From: Octopus vulgaris
Lineage: Eukaryota
Assembly: GCA_951406725.2 (NCBI GenBank)
Contig: OX597815.1
Coordinates: forward strand, 121,830,001 to 121,894,000
DNA length: 64,000 nucleotides
Direction of reading: 5' to 3'
The notes beneath the pieces were generated by a model that saw only the letters and a list, made by a program, of their open reading frames with translations, was not told the DNA's origin and ran no database searches. The position numbers and the translations under genes are program-made. Position 1 is the first letter of the stretch. Every line of letters begins with the position of its first letter. Below are positions 1 through 12,040 of the stretch, in pieces.

Positions 1-1659
1 ACAAAGTTATTTTACAAAATTCTTTACTTTTTGAAATTGAATCAAAAGCAGTGGATTTCAACATAGATATGTTTATAAAGGGGTAAGTTAAGCATGCAAG
101 AACAGAAACAACCTTTCCAACAAATAGACATTTCCATCAAGCATATCTTACAAAGCTTTGGTCAACCCAAAGTTACGTTTGAAGACATGTCTCATATAAA
201 GGTGCCATGCAGGTATAGTTACATATAATCAACAGCAACTTCAAATTTTCAATGTGGCAATTGTCTTTGGATGGCAAGTGTAGTCAGATTAGTACTAATA
301 TTCTTGCTCAGATTCAAACTCACACTGATAGAAATCATTTTCTATATTTGAATTATATCTCAGCATCAGCAAACATCGTTCACATAGTTTGATTACTTGA
401 AATTTGATAAAATACTTTAGTAACAAACCTAGTTTGGTAACTTTCTGGTTTTAAATAATTTCATTTAAATATAATTCATTTCATATTCATTTTACAGATT
501 TATCAAATAAGCCATCAAATCATTATTAGTGCAATATCCATAAATTTAATTTATTTCTGATTCACTCAATACAATATACACAATAATCCACAAAACTTTT
601 AAAACTGAAATAGTCATCAAAATAAAGAGACAAGAAGTTTTGGCATGCTTCAAATACTTATTCACTCCAAAGACTTAAAGCAGAATATAAATTATTTCAC
701 AGAATAACTATAAATGCAAATTTAGAACAAAGGACACATTTTCAGATAATTACTGAAAATGAGATTTCTGATTAATGTATAATAATAGTAAACTAAATGT
801 TGACTTCAATTATAAAAGAATTTAATCAAGCTTAAAACTTTAGAAAATTTCCTATTTAACCTACTATGATTGATCCTTATGGTAACTAAGCATGAAACAT
901 TAACTTACAAAGTAGTCACTGTTGATTTGAAGAGAAAGATTACTCTTAAAAATTTCAAATTAATTATAGTTTCACCTACATCGAAAACAGTGGCAAGTTT
1001 GCTTATTGCTAAAATATCAAGTTATATCATAAAAGACAAAGGGGTCTTAGAACTTGGTTTAATTTATTCTCACTAATACTAACATGAATTGTAATTACAC
1101 TCACCAAGGCTTAGAGTAGCATTTGAAATATAGAATTCAGCCATTTGGTTAATATGTTGATGGTTTTGTTTTCCTTTTTTATACACAAAATCTAAGACTT
1201 AAGTAACCTGACAATAGCTTATTTTGCCTATAAACAAATGCTGTATATAAACAGAACCAGAATAAATAACAAAATTCATGAGTTCAATATCAACTGAAAA
1301 TAAGAGGATTATATCAAAAGTGGCAAACATTTTTTTTTTTCAATTAACATAGGTGGTACCTTGGGCAAGTATCTTGCACTACTGCCTTGGGCCAATCAAA
1401 GCCTTGTGAGTGGATTTTGTAGACAGAAACTGAAAGAAACCCATCGTGTGTGTGTGTGTGTGTGTGTGTGTATGTATTTGTGTGTGTGCTTATCCCCCCA
1501 CCATTGCTTACAACCGATGTTGGTGTGTTTATATCCCTATAACTTAGCAGTTCGGCAAAAGAGACCGATAGAATAAGTACTAGGCTTACTTCAACTAAAA
1601 ACAGTGCTCCAGCATGGCCCAATCAAATGACTGAAACAAATAAAAGAATAATAGAGTAT

Positions 1660-2690
1660 AGGTCATTCAAATTGCACATGTTAGCGGAATAACTCAACAG
1701 TCCCCGTCACAGGCAATGCATTTGTGCCACTGTTGAATCTCATGTTCAAAACCTCTTTGAAAAACTCAGGTGAGTACTGTTGTACCCACTTTCACTTTAT
1801 TTTTGTCATCACATCATTGTCACTTAGATCTGTTCTTCAATCGACCAAACAGATGGAAGTTGGAAGGCATCATATCAGAGCTGTAAGGTGAACCTCTGAC
1901 CATCCCAATCTGGCAATTGCCTGATTTGTTGCTAAGGATATGTGGTTGCACATTGTCATGGTGACTGTGGATTATTTTAAGATTCTTCTTTAGCCTTTTC
2001 CTCTTAATGGTCTCCGTTAGCTTTTGAGTATCTCATTTTATTGTTTGTTGCTTATTTTACAGCCTTACGCCATAAAATCAAAGAAAATTATACCACTGTC
2101 ATAACCACCCCCCAAAAAAAAAAAACAAAAAAAAAACAGTCACTATGACCTTCTGCACCAATTAATGACTCTTGAACTTCTGAAGCCTTAGAGATGACTA
2201 AGTCTTTGTTTCGTGATGATAAAGATACAGCAATGCTTCATCCTTTGCCACGAGATTGGAATGTGTATTCATAGGCTTCAAATTATTTTAATAAACCAGA
2301 GCAGACTTCCATCTTTCTTTCCTTCCAATCAGATGTCAGCTAATGTCAACTGCTGAAGTACTCCCTTTACACACTTTGCCCAATACTCAAAGTTCTCTAC
2401 CATCTCCTGTAACATATTATGACTACAGTCCAATTGTGCAGCAAGGTCTCCAAATGTGATTCATATGACTGCACAAATCAATTTCTCTACTCACTAACAA
2501 TTTGATCCAGTAGATGCAGTTAATGGTCACTTCTCTATGAATTATTATAGAGGAACAATAACTACCTACATGTGCAGTTTGAATGTCCTATGTTAGTTAA
2601 TAAACAGATATCAGCACTTTTGCTTTACTTTCAGTACAACCCCTGTATTTAACTTTTGAAAAGGGTGAGCTTCATAGTTCATATAAAAGT
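1660..2690 (-). mobile_element. Decayed mariner (Tc1/mariner) transposase relic
   Basis: Minus-strand fragments translate to HHDNVQPH (~1940-1965, cf. HDNARPH) and SPYSSDMMPSNFHLFGRLK (~1832-1891, cf. YSPDLAPSDFHLF), with many stops and frameshifts. Ends are approximate and TIRs were not resolved. Confidence 0.8.
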
Positions 2691-3898
2691 TATTCTGGTA
2701 ATAATAGCTTATTCTAAAAATAGGAAAATTGAAATTACTATATTACACCCTCACCTAAGAATATTAATATAAAAAAAATTTATCATTTTATAAGCTTTTT
2801 ATGTTGGAAATTGTTAGTTTATAGAGTAATATTGAGAACCTCATAATAATCCAGTCAATGTACATTAATGCAGTATCTTTTTGATGGGTCAAAAATATAA
2901 CCATATCTCAAAAACTAATATTTTAGCAAAAATAGACAGAAAGACATTTAAACAATGTAGCTAAAAATGGTTCTCAAATGTGAACCTAAAAAAAGTAGGT
3001 GAGGCCCTTTTTGAAATTAACACATTTTCCACAGATCACTTTGTATACAAGGTTATAGTAAATAGGCTAATTTGTTACATTATTTATGAAACTAAAAGAA
3101 TTAACCACTGCATTGCAAAAACTGTAATTTTGAAGATTATTGACCTAGTATTTCATAAACAGTATAATGGACATGTCACATCTTGGTTATTTAATACTCA
3201 GAATTGATTGGCAGGAATGTATTTATAAATAAACACATTCATATTTTAAAAAATAATAAATAAATTTAAAAAATTAGAAAATCCAAGAGAAAAAAATGGA
3301 CAGAAAATTAAGGATAATTTCTGTCAATTGGAAGAAGTTATAGAGCAGAAATGGAGCAGTAAAATTGTATATGACTCACACTATGAATCCTGAGAAAACA
3401 TGCAGTTATTTCTACATGTCAGACTAATTAGTTCAACAGAAGGAAAACCTAATGTCTTTTCAAGAAGGTCAAATAACTTGGTTTTATGAAAACATTTCAA
3501 CTGTTTCAATTATTGGGGTTCCTCGCTTTACAATGGATTTAAGACTGACTAAAAATATTTTATTTGCCATAAACGTCCAGATAACAGTAATTACTTTTCA
3601 AGGGTTTAAATGAGAATGAAGCATTAAAATTTCTTTGCAAGGGGGTGGGGGGTGGAGTAGATGGGTGAGAGTTGGAAGTTAAATGTTGATCTCTAGCAGC
3701 ATTCTAAGATAAGAATGACAGGCACAGGTGCAGAGTTCATTTCAAAAATTTCAGAACTCCAATAGAACAAAAACTGGATATGAGGTGAAGCATTAATGTT
3801 ATGTAAAGGAATGAGAGAGAATTTTTACAATCCTCATTATCATTATTTTATCTGCTTTTCAAGTTGGCATAGACCATATTATGATATACTCTTAGACC

Positions 3899-4181
3899 CA
3901 GTGGCTGACTGGCCAGGTTGCCAGCTTACCCAATGGCAAGTGAACCCCTGCACCATTAGAATCCATATATGGGTGCCCATGTTAGTATCTAAGGGGCCCA
4001 TCACCTCAAGTTTGAGAATTTTTATTCACTTCTGGAAAAACACATTATTTCAGCCTGGCTGTGTTTGTAGACAGTTGAAAAGAATAATTTTAACAAAAAA
4101 ATTTAAATGATAGCATTGTAGTTGTGGGTAGGTCCCCTTAGTATCCTGGTAACCAATATTTTTAGACCCAGTCTGCCACTG
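3899..4181. mobile_element. hAT-type MITE with intact TIRs and 8-bp TSD
   Basis: TIRs CAGTGGCTGACTGG...CCAGTCTGCCACTG, flanked by an identical 8-bp duplication CTTAGACC (3891-3898 and 4182-4189). Confidence 0.9.
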
Positions 4182-4626
4182 CTTAGACCAGTTGGAGGTC
4201 TACATCTTGCTCATATGTTCAACGCTTGGCATGGTTTCTATAGCTGATTCCCTTCAAAACAGCAGTTAACTTACAGACTGTCATGACATTAACCAGACTA
4301 AAGGACCTTAAAATTTTACCATCATCATTAACACCTCAATTAAAAAACACGTTTTTTACATAACAGAACATACGAGAAGGCCATTACAAAATAATGAGTA
4401 CAATATTCCTACCATCAACTTTAACACTGAAAATGATTCATATGATTATCAACTAATCGTTCTTTTTACATCTACTTGATGTTAACCATTCCCTGCTTTT
4501 CAAGTAAGGTATCTCTTATTCCTTAGGACTTTCAAGGCAATTCATTGACAGTAGAGACTGACAACACCACTGCTTGCTGTACTAAACAAGCAATTACAGA
4601 TGTAAACACACCAACACAAATTCACA

Positions 4627-4686
<60 letters not shown>

Positions 4687-4937
4687 CACACACACACACA
4701 CCAGTGCTGCCTGACAGCACCATTCAAGTGTGGCCAATGCCAGTGCCACCTGTGCCAGTAGCACATAAAAAGCACCCACTACACTCTCAGAGTGGTTGGC
4801 ATTAGGAAGGGCATCCGGCTGTAGAAACCTTGCCAAATCAGATTGGAGCCTGTTGCAGCCTCCCGGCATACCAGTTCTCAGTCAAACTGTCTAACCCATG
4901 CCAGCATGGAAAGCAGACATTAAACGACAACAATGAG

Positions 4938-5018
<81 letters not shown>

Positions 5019-5684
5019 AAAGTAAGATAGGGGTTATGGGTGTAGCCCACTATGGGATATCATTTATCCAATATCCCGTTGGTAAAGTACCCAAATTCTT
5101 AATACATAAATGTTTTTTAATCGCAATGCAATTAAGTCATTTATTGTATTAAATGGGTGAAGGTAAAGAAATATTTTTACCGTAAATTTATAATACAAAT
5201 AAGAAAATGGAGAAACAAATTTGGTTTGTTCTGATGTTCTCATTTGTATAATGAATAAATAATCCAACATTATAATATCTGTAAGTTGACAAACAAACCA
5301 AATTTGTTTCTCCATTTTCTTATTTGTATTATATATATATATATATATATATATACATACATACATACACACACACACTCATACAAGTGTGTGTGTGCAT
5401 GTTGGCACACAAACTCATATAGGCCTTCTTTCAGCTATTTATTAAATCCACACAAAGTTTTGGTCAGTCAGTGCCAAAAGAAGACACTTTCCCATAGTGC
5501 CACACAATGGGACTGAACTCAAAGCCATGTGGTTGTGAAGCAAACTTTTTAATCACATGGCCATGCCCAAGCCTATTTAAATATTTGATTTTACATAGCA
5601 TAAAAAGTTCAAGGGAAATGTGATCTGAATGTAAAACAGATCAGAATTATTTAAGATTAATACTATAGGAATGAGAAAATGGTT

Positions 5685-5729
<45 letters not shown>

Positions 5730-5909
5730 CAAATCTTTGATTTTTTTGTTTGTTTCAGTCATAAGAAGGGTTTAGTCAAACAAATCAAGCCCAGTATTTA
5801 TTTTTTAAGTCTAGTACTTATTTTATTGGTCTCTTTTACTGAACCATTAAGTTACAGGGGACATAACCAACACCAACTGGCAAGCAATGGTGTTGTGGGA
5901 CAAATACAA

Positions 5910-5963
<54 letters not shown>

Positions 5964-6620
5964 GTGACCTGCTGTACTTGAGGAGCCCTACTGAATCAAG
6001 TACATCAACATCAACATCAAAATAAAATGGAAATTGTAGTTGTGATACCCGTGCCGGTGGCATGTAAAAAGCACCAACCAATAACACCCATTGCCAGCCT
6101 CCTCTGGCCCCTGTGCCCGTGGCATGTAAAAAGTACCCACTACACTCATGGAGTGGTTGGCATAAGGAAGGGCATCTAGCTGTAGAAACATTGCCAGATC
6201 AGACTGGAGCCTGGTGTAGCCTTCTGGCTTCCCAGACCCAGGTCGAACCATCCAACCCATGCTAGCATGGAAAATGGACATTAAATGATGATGATATATT
6301 ATATATATATATATATATTTATATACACATACATACACACACATATATGGCAGTATTCCAGCATGGCCATAGCTTCTGCTTGAAACTGATACTAATATAC
6401 AAATATATATACAACAGGCTTCCACACAATTTTCATTTACCACATTTACTCACAAATCAATGGTTAGCCTGGAGCTATAGTAGGAGACACTTGCCCAAGG
6501 TACTACGCAGTGGGACTGAAGCCAAAAGTATATGGTTACAAAATGAGCTTCTAAATCACAGTCAAGTATAATATAATTTACAAGGAAAAAATAATCAAGC
6601 AATAAATAAATAAAACATAC

Positions 6621-6719
6621 CTTTCACTTGAACAAACAGTTCTAGTGGATCCCCTTCAGAACACTGGATATCTTGAAGTTCTCTTATGAATATGGGTGGT
6701 TCTACCTTTGGTTTGGTTG
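6621..6719 (-). CDS. Coding exon, start of Ig domain 3 (STKPKVEPPIFIRELQDIQCSEGDPLELFVQVKG)
   Basis: Acceptor tatattcacag| and donor G|gtatgt; 99 nt, phase 1-1. PP.F.REL.D....EGD I-set motif. The next exon was not found in the window. Confidence 0.93.
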
Positions 6720-9019
6720 CTGTGAATATACAAAATTTATTTTAAAATATTTTCTCAATGTTTGCAGAAACATATATATATATATATATATATAATATAT
6801 CAATAAAAGAAAACTGAAAATGGAGAGACAACATTGTAAATTCCAACCAACAACTTGGAAAAGCTGCACTCTGTCTTTAATGAAAGTGTTTAATTTTTAG
6901 AAAACCATAAACCAAAATATCAAGATACCCAAATCATGAATATATGACAAGAGTGACAGGGATAATGAATGAATTTTTTCTGTTTTTAACCATGGAAAAA
7001 CAATTTTTCAATTGCTAATTCATAATTTCCTGAAAACCATTAATTACTAAAATCTTTTTTAGAAATACAATACAGACAAACCAACAGAGGAGCATCTATG
7101 CAGTTACTCAATCAATTAGAAATAGCAGCCAAATCTACCATCACTTTACAAAAGAAAAGAAAAAAATATTCTAGATAATATGCTCTGAGGTATACAAAAC
7201 AAGGTGTGGTCTTTGATCTAAGGTTTGTTCAATGAGCATTGCCTTGGGACTAAACAACAACTACAAAGCAACCAATACAGATTTTGTTATCATTATTACC
7301 ATCATTTTAATGTCCACTTTGCCATGGTCACATGGGTCAGACAAAATTTGTTGAAGCAGATTTTCTATCACTGGATGCTCTTCCTGTCACAGACTCTCAC
7401 TTATTACCAAGTAAGGTAATATGTTCCCATAACCAAATATGCTTTCACAGAATATTTGAAATGAAGGACAACGCTTGCATGAAGGTGACATTAGTTTACA
7501 AGTATCATACAATGTCATGGCAAGGAGCCAAAAAAAACACAAACACACACCAAGTTTCTTTTAGTTTCCATCTACCAAATTCACTCACAAGGATTATGTC
7601 AGCCCAGGACTATAATAGAAAGTATTTGTCCAAAGTTCCATACAGTGGGACTAAACCCAAAATCATGTGGTAGAGTTTCTCAACTACACAACCATGTCTT
7701 CATATATCAAATGCAGAATTCAAAGAATTAAGACCAAGATAGCAAAAACCAAAATACAAGTTAGTAAGATGGAGTTGAAATTCCAATATTAAATTAGAAA
7801 TGCTATTATTCAATTCGTAGACACAGAACTTGAAACTGTGAATTAAGCAGATGTAAAACATATGCAGTAGGAGGGATAAGATTCTCTGGCAGGCTGACAG
7901 GGAACCAAATCATCAGATGCAATACATTCAAGACAGTAATTAACAGTAGCTAATTAATTGAATGCTAATGAATTAAATTATAAGTACTGCCTGAATAATT
8001 TACTCCACACGATTGACAGTGTCTGTTTCCAAAAGATCTAGTTACTACTTTAGTGAATGCATAATTCCTAGCATTACGAAGGCAGAGAAAATGCTCAAAA
8101 CGCTATTGACTGTGTCAGCAATAACAGGTTTCTTTCTTCATACATAAACCAGACTGCATGAAGTATGCAAAAATGTGCGGTGTATAAGGTAGCCAGATAT
8201 GGACAAGGAGTGCAAAAGATCCAAACATTCAGCTAACATGTTTGCAATAAATACGAACTGGCAATAGTTAAAATGTCAACCAATTAATTCTTATTTCAGG
8301 CTTAATTCAAGCAGAGCTGACTGGAACTGTTCAAACAAAAAGATGAATTCTCTGTAGGAGTTCATTTACAAGTTTGAAAAGTAGGATCCATCTAAAAATG
8401 CAGTTATAAGTAAATCAAAATATGACAGAAAACTTAATGAAATGCAAAACAAATTTTATGGAAAAGTCCTCAGCAAAATTCTTAATACTCAACAGTGTAG
8501 TTTAGTATATTCAAAATTGGAGACTTAAAGAAATGAAATATCTCACTCAAAACTACATTTTTCTGAGTAAGTTAAGCTGTCTATAAACACAATATAATTA
8601 TCAAACTTGGAATAGTGAAATGGAAATAAACATCAAAGAGTATAAAAAAATGAATTCAAGGCAGTTAAGACACACACACATATATATATATATATAAATA
8701 TATCAAAATTTTTAACATAAGAGCAAAAAACAAGCAAAATAACTTTAAAGAAAATACTGATAATGCTTGAGCTAATCATAAAAGAATTAATATTTCGAAT
8801 AGTATATGCCACGGTCCTAAAACCACTTTAATAGCAAATTACAGTAAGAAAATAAGTTCTTTATCTTTGTGTTATATTGTTGCAAAATAAACGAATTAGA
8901 TCAAATTAATTCAGCATTTCATCAAATCTTTTCACTGCCACCACTCCACTAAAAGAAAAAAAAATACAAACAGAAAATGCAACTCATCTTTCGATAAGCA
9001 TTTTCGACCACAGACTTAC

Positions 9020-9214
9020 ATTGAACAGTAAGAACACAAGATGTTTGAACTTCTTCTTTCTTTGATGATATAGCAATACATTCATAACACCCAATAGCAT
9101 TTGGTGTAACATTCTTTAGTACAAGAACTGCATTAAAACCATCAAATGTAGATTTGATATCTTGACTTGGAGGCAGTTTATTCCCATCTTTGAACCAATT
9201 GACAGAACTTACAT
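9020..9214 (-). CDS. Coding exon, second half of Ig domain 2 (NVSSVNWFKDGNKLPPSQDIKSTFDGFNAVLVLKNVTPNAIGCYECIAISSKKEEVQTSCVLTVQ)
   Basis: Acceptor tttatcttttccttag| and donor T|gtaagt; 195 nt, phase 1-1. WFKDG, FDG..A.L.L.NV and G.YEC motifs, typical of intracellular muscle Ig domains. Confidence 0.95.
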
Positions 9215-10177
9215 CTAAGGAAAAGATAAAATGAAGATTTTGATCATATTATTGAAAGAAATTATAAATAAAAGAAAAGCAATTAAATTAACATTTTGAA
9301 GTTTCAAAGTTTTAAAGCCTTTTACTAATCCATAATTTAAACTCAATATAAAAAGGCTGGAAGGAAACATATGATGGCAAAGTATTCACGTACTCTACTA
9401 ACAAAGTTTCCACTTCTTAAGTAGTCACCATTAAATTTCAATACCCAGTAAGAATATCATATAGCAAGAAAGCAAACAAAAGAAAAACCTCAGTTTAATT
9501 TAATTTATTGTTATTCTGTACAATGCATGAGTATTCTGAGAACACGAAAGAGTTTGTTACCAATAAATTAGCATCTAAAAGTTAGTCAGCTGCTTCTCTT
9601 CCTGAAAATGCCAGTATCAGAAACAGGATGAAACATGCCCAGAATGCTACATTGAACTACAAACTAACAAATCATTTCTTTTTTCTCTCCTTCCCAACAA
9701 AATAATAATCAACTCTTTTCTAATCGATAACGACTGGTAACTTTTCTAAAGATTAATCAACTTCTCTAACTCTAAATTATCCCACCAGCAAGTTGAAATG
9801 AAGGAAGTGTAAAATACAAAGAGAAAATAGATTAGAGCCAAGCTATTTTCAACAGGTATTTAAATTATGTTGGTTCCTATGGGCTGCAAGGTATTTAGAA
9901 TGGTTAAAGAACAGAAAAAGAAATATTGAACAGTTGAGCAAAATACTTAGTTTATATCACAGAAATGTTCCTTATTAGCAAGACTTATTACACTTACTCT
10001 TAAAACATGTTCAGAACATTTCTTTCAAAAAGGGAATATGCTTCCTATATTGGAATATATTATAATTATTTGTCATTAATTTCTGTAATCCGTAGAAAAA
10101 TAGATACAGGGTGTGCTCTGAAATATCTTGTTGCAATCAGGATTTGTTGTAGAGTATTACAATTCTAATGATTCATC

Positions 10178-10380
10178 ATATCTTACTATAATGGGTGTTA
10201 TGTCTGTCTGTCTATCTCTTTGTCTTTTCCCCTTTTCACGGCCAGTCGGCTGGACCAACCATTATGATATTTTTGGGGATTACAAAGACGGTTGTCAGGA
10301 AGGTTTTTAGCATTAAAAAATCAGAAAGTATGATTATTTCGTAGATATCAATTTGTGAATTGATAAACTACCTTTGCATC
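10178..10380 (+). mobile_element. Possible Helitron/DINE-like non-autonomous 5' fragment
   Basis: atcttactatataa...(gtct)n...cacggcc..ggctggacc resembles rolling-circle non-autonomous 5' ends. No 3' end was seen. Confidence 0.35.
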
Positions 10381-10864
10381 TATTAAAAATTCACTGACCA
10401 TGAATAACTCTGGATTTTCATCATATAATTCATGGCTCCATTGTAGATACGAAGGGGGGTCGTGAGGACAGTTAATAGCAAAAATAAAATGGATATGGTC
10501 AGTTTAAATGCTGGAGAGTTTAAACTCCAAATGTGGTGTGATAAAGCTAACATATTCAATCCATCACTTCAAACTGTCAATAATTACAGTTATTTCTCAC
10601 ATAGACACACAGAAGCAAATTTACACGAATAATTTTTAAATAAGAAATAAACTGTAACAAAATCTTCAAAGGAACAATCTGAAAAAAATTGTTATGATGC
10701 TAATACACTGAGTTATTAATATAATACAGTTGAATTAGTTATTAACATAAAATAGTTTCACACGCACATACACATGTGTGTGTGTGGATGCAACATTCAG
10801 ATACATTATCAGTGTTGTATCTCTGCAAATTAGAAATTAATGTAGAAAGAAAGGTAATATTTAC

Positions 10865-10981
10865 TTGAAAACTTGCACCTCAATTCAACATTGGTAGCGC
10901 CTTCGCTTACATCAATGTCATGCAGTGGGATATCAACTTGAGGCTTCTTGGGAGGCAGTGGAGGTGTTGGCTTATAATCCT
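10865..10981 (-). CDS. Coding exon, Pro-rich linker plus first half of Ig domain 2 (EDYKPTPPLPPKKPQVDIPLHDIDVSEGATNVELRCKFS)
   Basis: Acceptor tgttatttccag| and donor A|gtaaat; 117 nt, phase 1-1. Has the L.DI.V.EG....L.C I-set motif. Missed by the ORF track because it is under 60 aa. Confidence 0.92.
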
Positions 10982-11644
10982 CTGGAAATAACAAAGCAAA
11001 TAAGGGTTTAAACCAAAATATCTTTAAAATGTCTCTAAATATGTTGAAGTAAAGTTAAATAGCTATAAACAGAAGTTGTAGTGTTTTCAACAATGTTCTG
11101 TAACAGATCGAATAATCTATATTCTTTTGAAAAGTTGAAGTTAGCAAAAAAACTATCCAATTATCTGAAACAAATTACCTAAACCCCATATTTTATGGAT
11201 TCTTGACAAGTGGGAAACTGAAACTAACCCCCACAGTGCAGCAAATATTGAAAAGGAACTGGAAATTAAATACACAAAATATTTTATTACTTCTGACTAG
11301 CAATAAGATTAGAACACAAGTAATTGAATCAACATCAGTATATTGCTGGTATATATATTTTCAAACTGAAAGGATAAAGGCCAAAGTTGAATACAGAACA
11401 TACAAAAGACACATTCACATGCTACCCCTTCTTCTCCTCCTCCACAGAACCAAATCTCCACTTGCTTTTTCTCTTTTTCTTTCTTCATCTCCCATCACCT
11501 TTCCACTAGTTCTTTTTCCTGATGAAAGACTAAATTCCAAAAACATGAAAGCTCTTTTCTTTCCTTTTAGCTGTTATACTCATCATGCCTTTGTTAAAAC
11601 TTGTCCCTCTCATTTTGTCTTCATTTTTTGCTCATTACCTATCA

Positions 11645-12040
11645 TGTGTGGTAAGTAGCTTACTTACCAACCACATGGTTCCAGGTTCAGTCCCACTGCG
11701 TGGCACCTTGGGTAAGTTTCTTCTACTATAGCCTCAGCCTGACCAAAGCCTTGTGAGTGGATTTGGTAAACGGAAACTGAAAGAAGCCTGCCATATGTAT
11801 ATATATGTGTGTGTGTGTGTTTGTGTGTGTTTGCCCCCCTTCCCCCAACATCACTTAACAACCGATGCTGGTGTGTTTACATCCCTGTAACATAGCAGTT
11901 CGGTAAATAAGACCGATAGAATAAGTACTAGGTTTACAAAGAATAAGTCCTGGGGTCGATTTGCTCGACTAAGGGTGGTGCTCCAGCATGGCTACAGTCA
12001 AATGACTGAAACAAGTAAAAGAAAAGAAAGAAAGAAAGAA
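11645..12040 (+). mobile_element. tRNA-derived SINE family A, near full length (other copies ~1350-1655+, 23890-24260-, 31968-32370+, 39400-39745+, 58277-58700+)
   Basis: A-box-like tgtggtaag and B-box-like ggttcagtccc, central (TA)/(TG) microsatellite, conserved 3' part (ccgatagaataagtactagg...gtcaaatgactgaaacaagtaaaaga) and aaag tail. Many homologous copies in the window. Confidence 0.9.

Noticed and set aside
2714-2723. MEF2-like site ctaaaaatag
   Set aside because: Expected by chance in AT-rich DNA and located at the edge of a transposon relic.
3380-3389. 10-nt candidate exon (gttttctcag|GATTCATAGT|gtgagt) after exon 6621
   Set aside because: It does not supply the expected x-P-x-P...W continuation of Ig3, and no downstream partner is visible.
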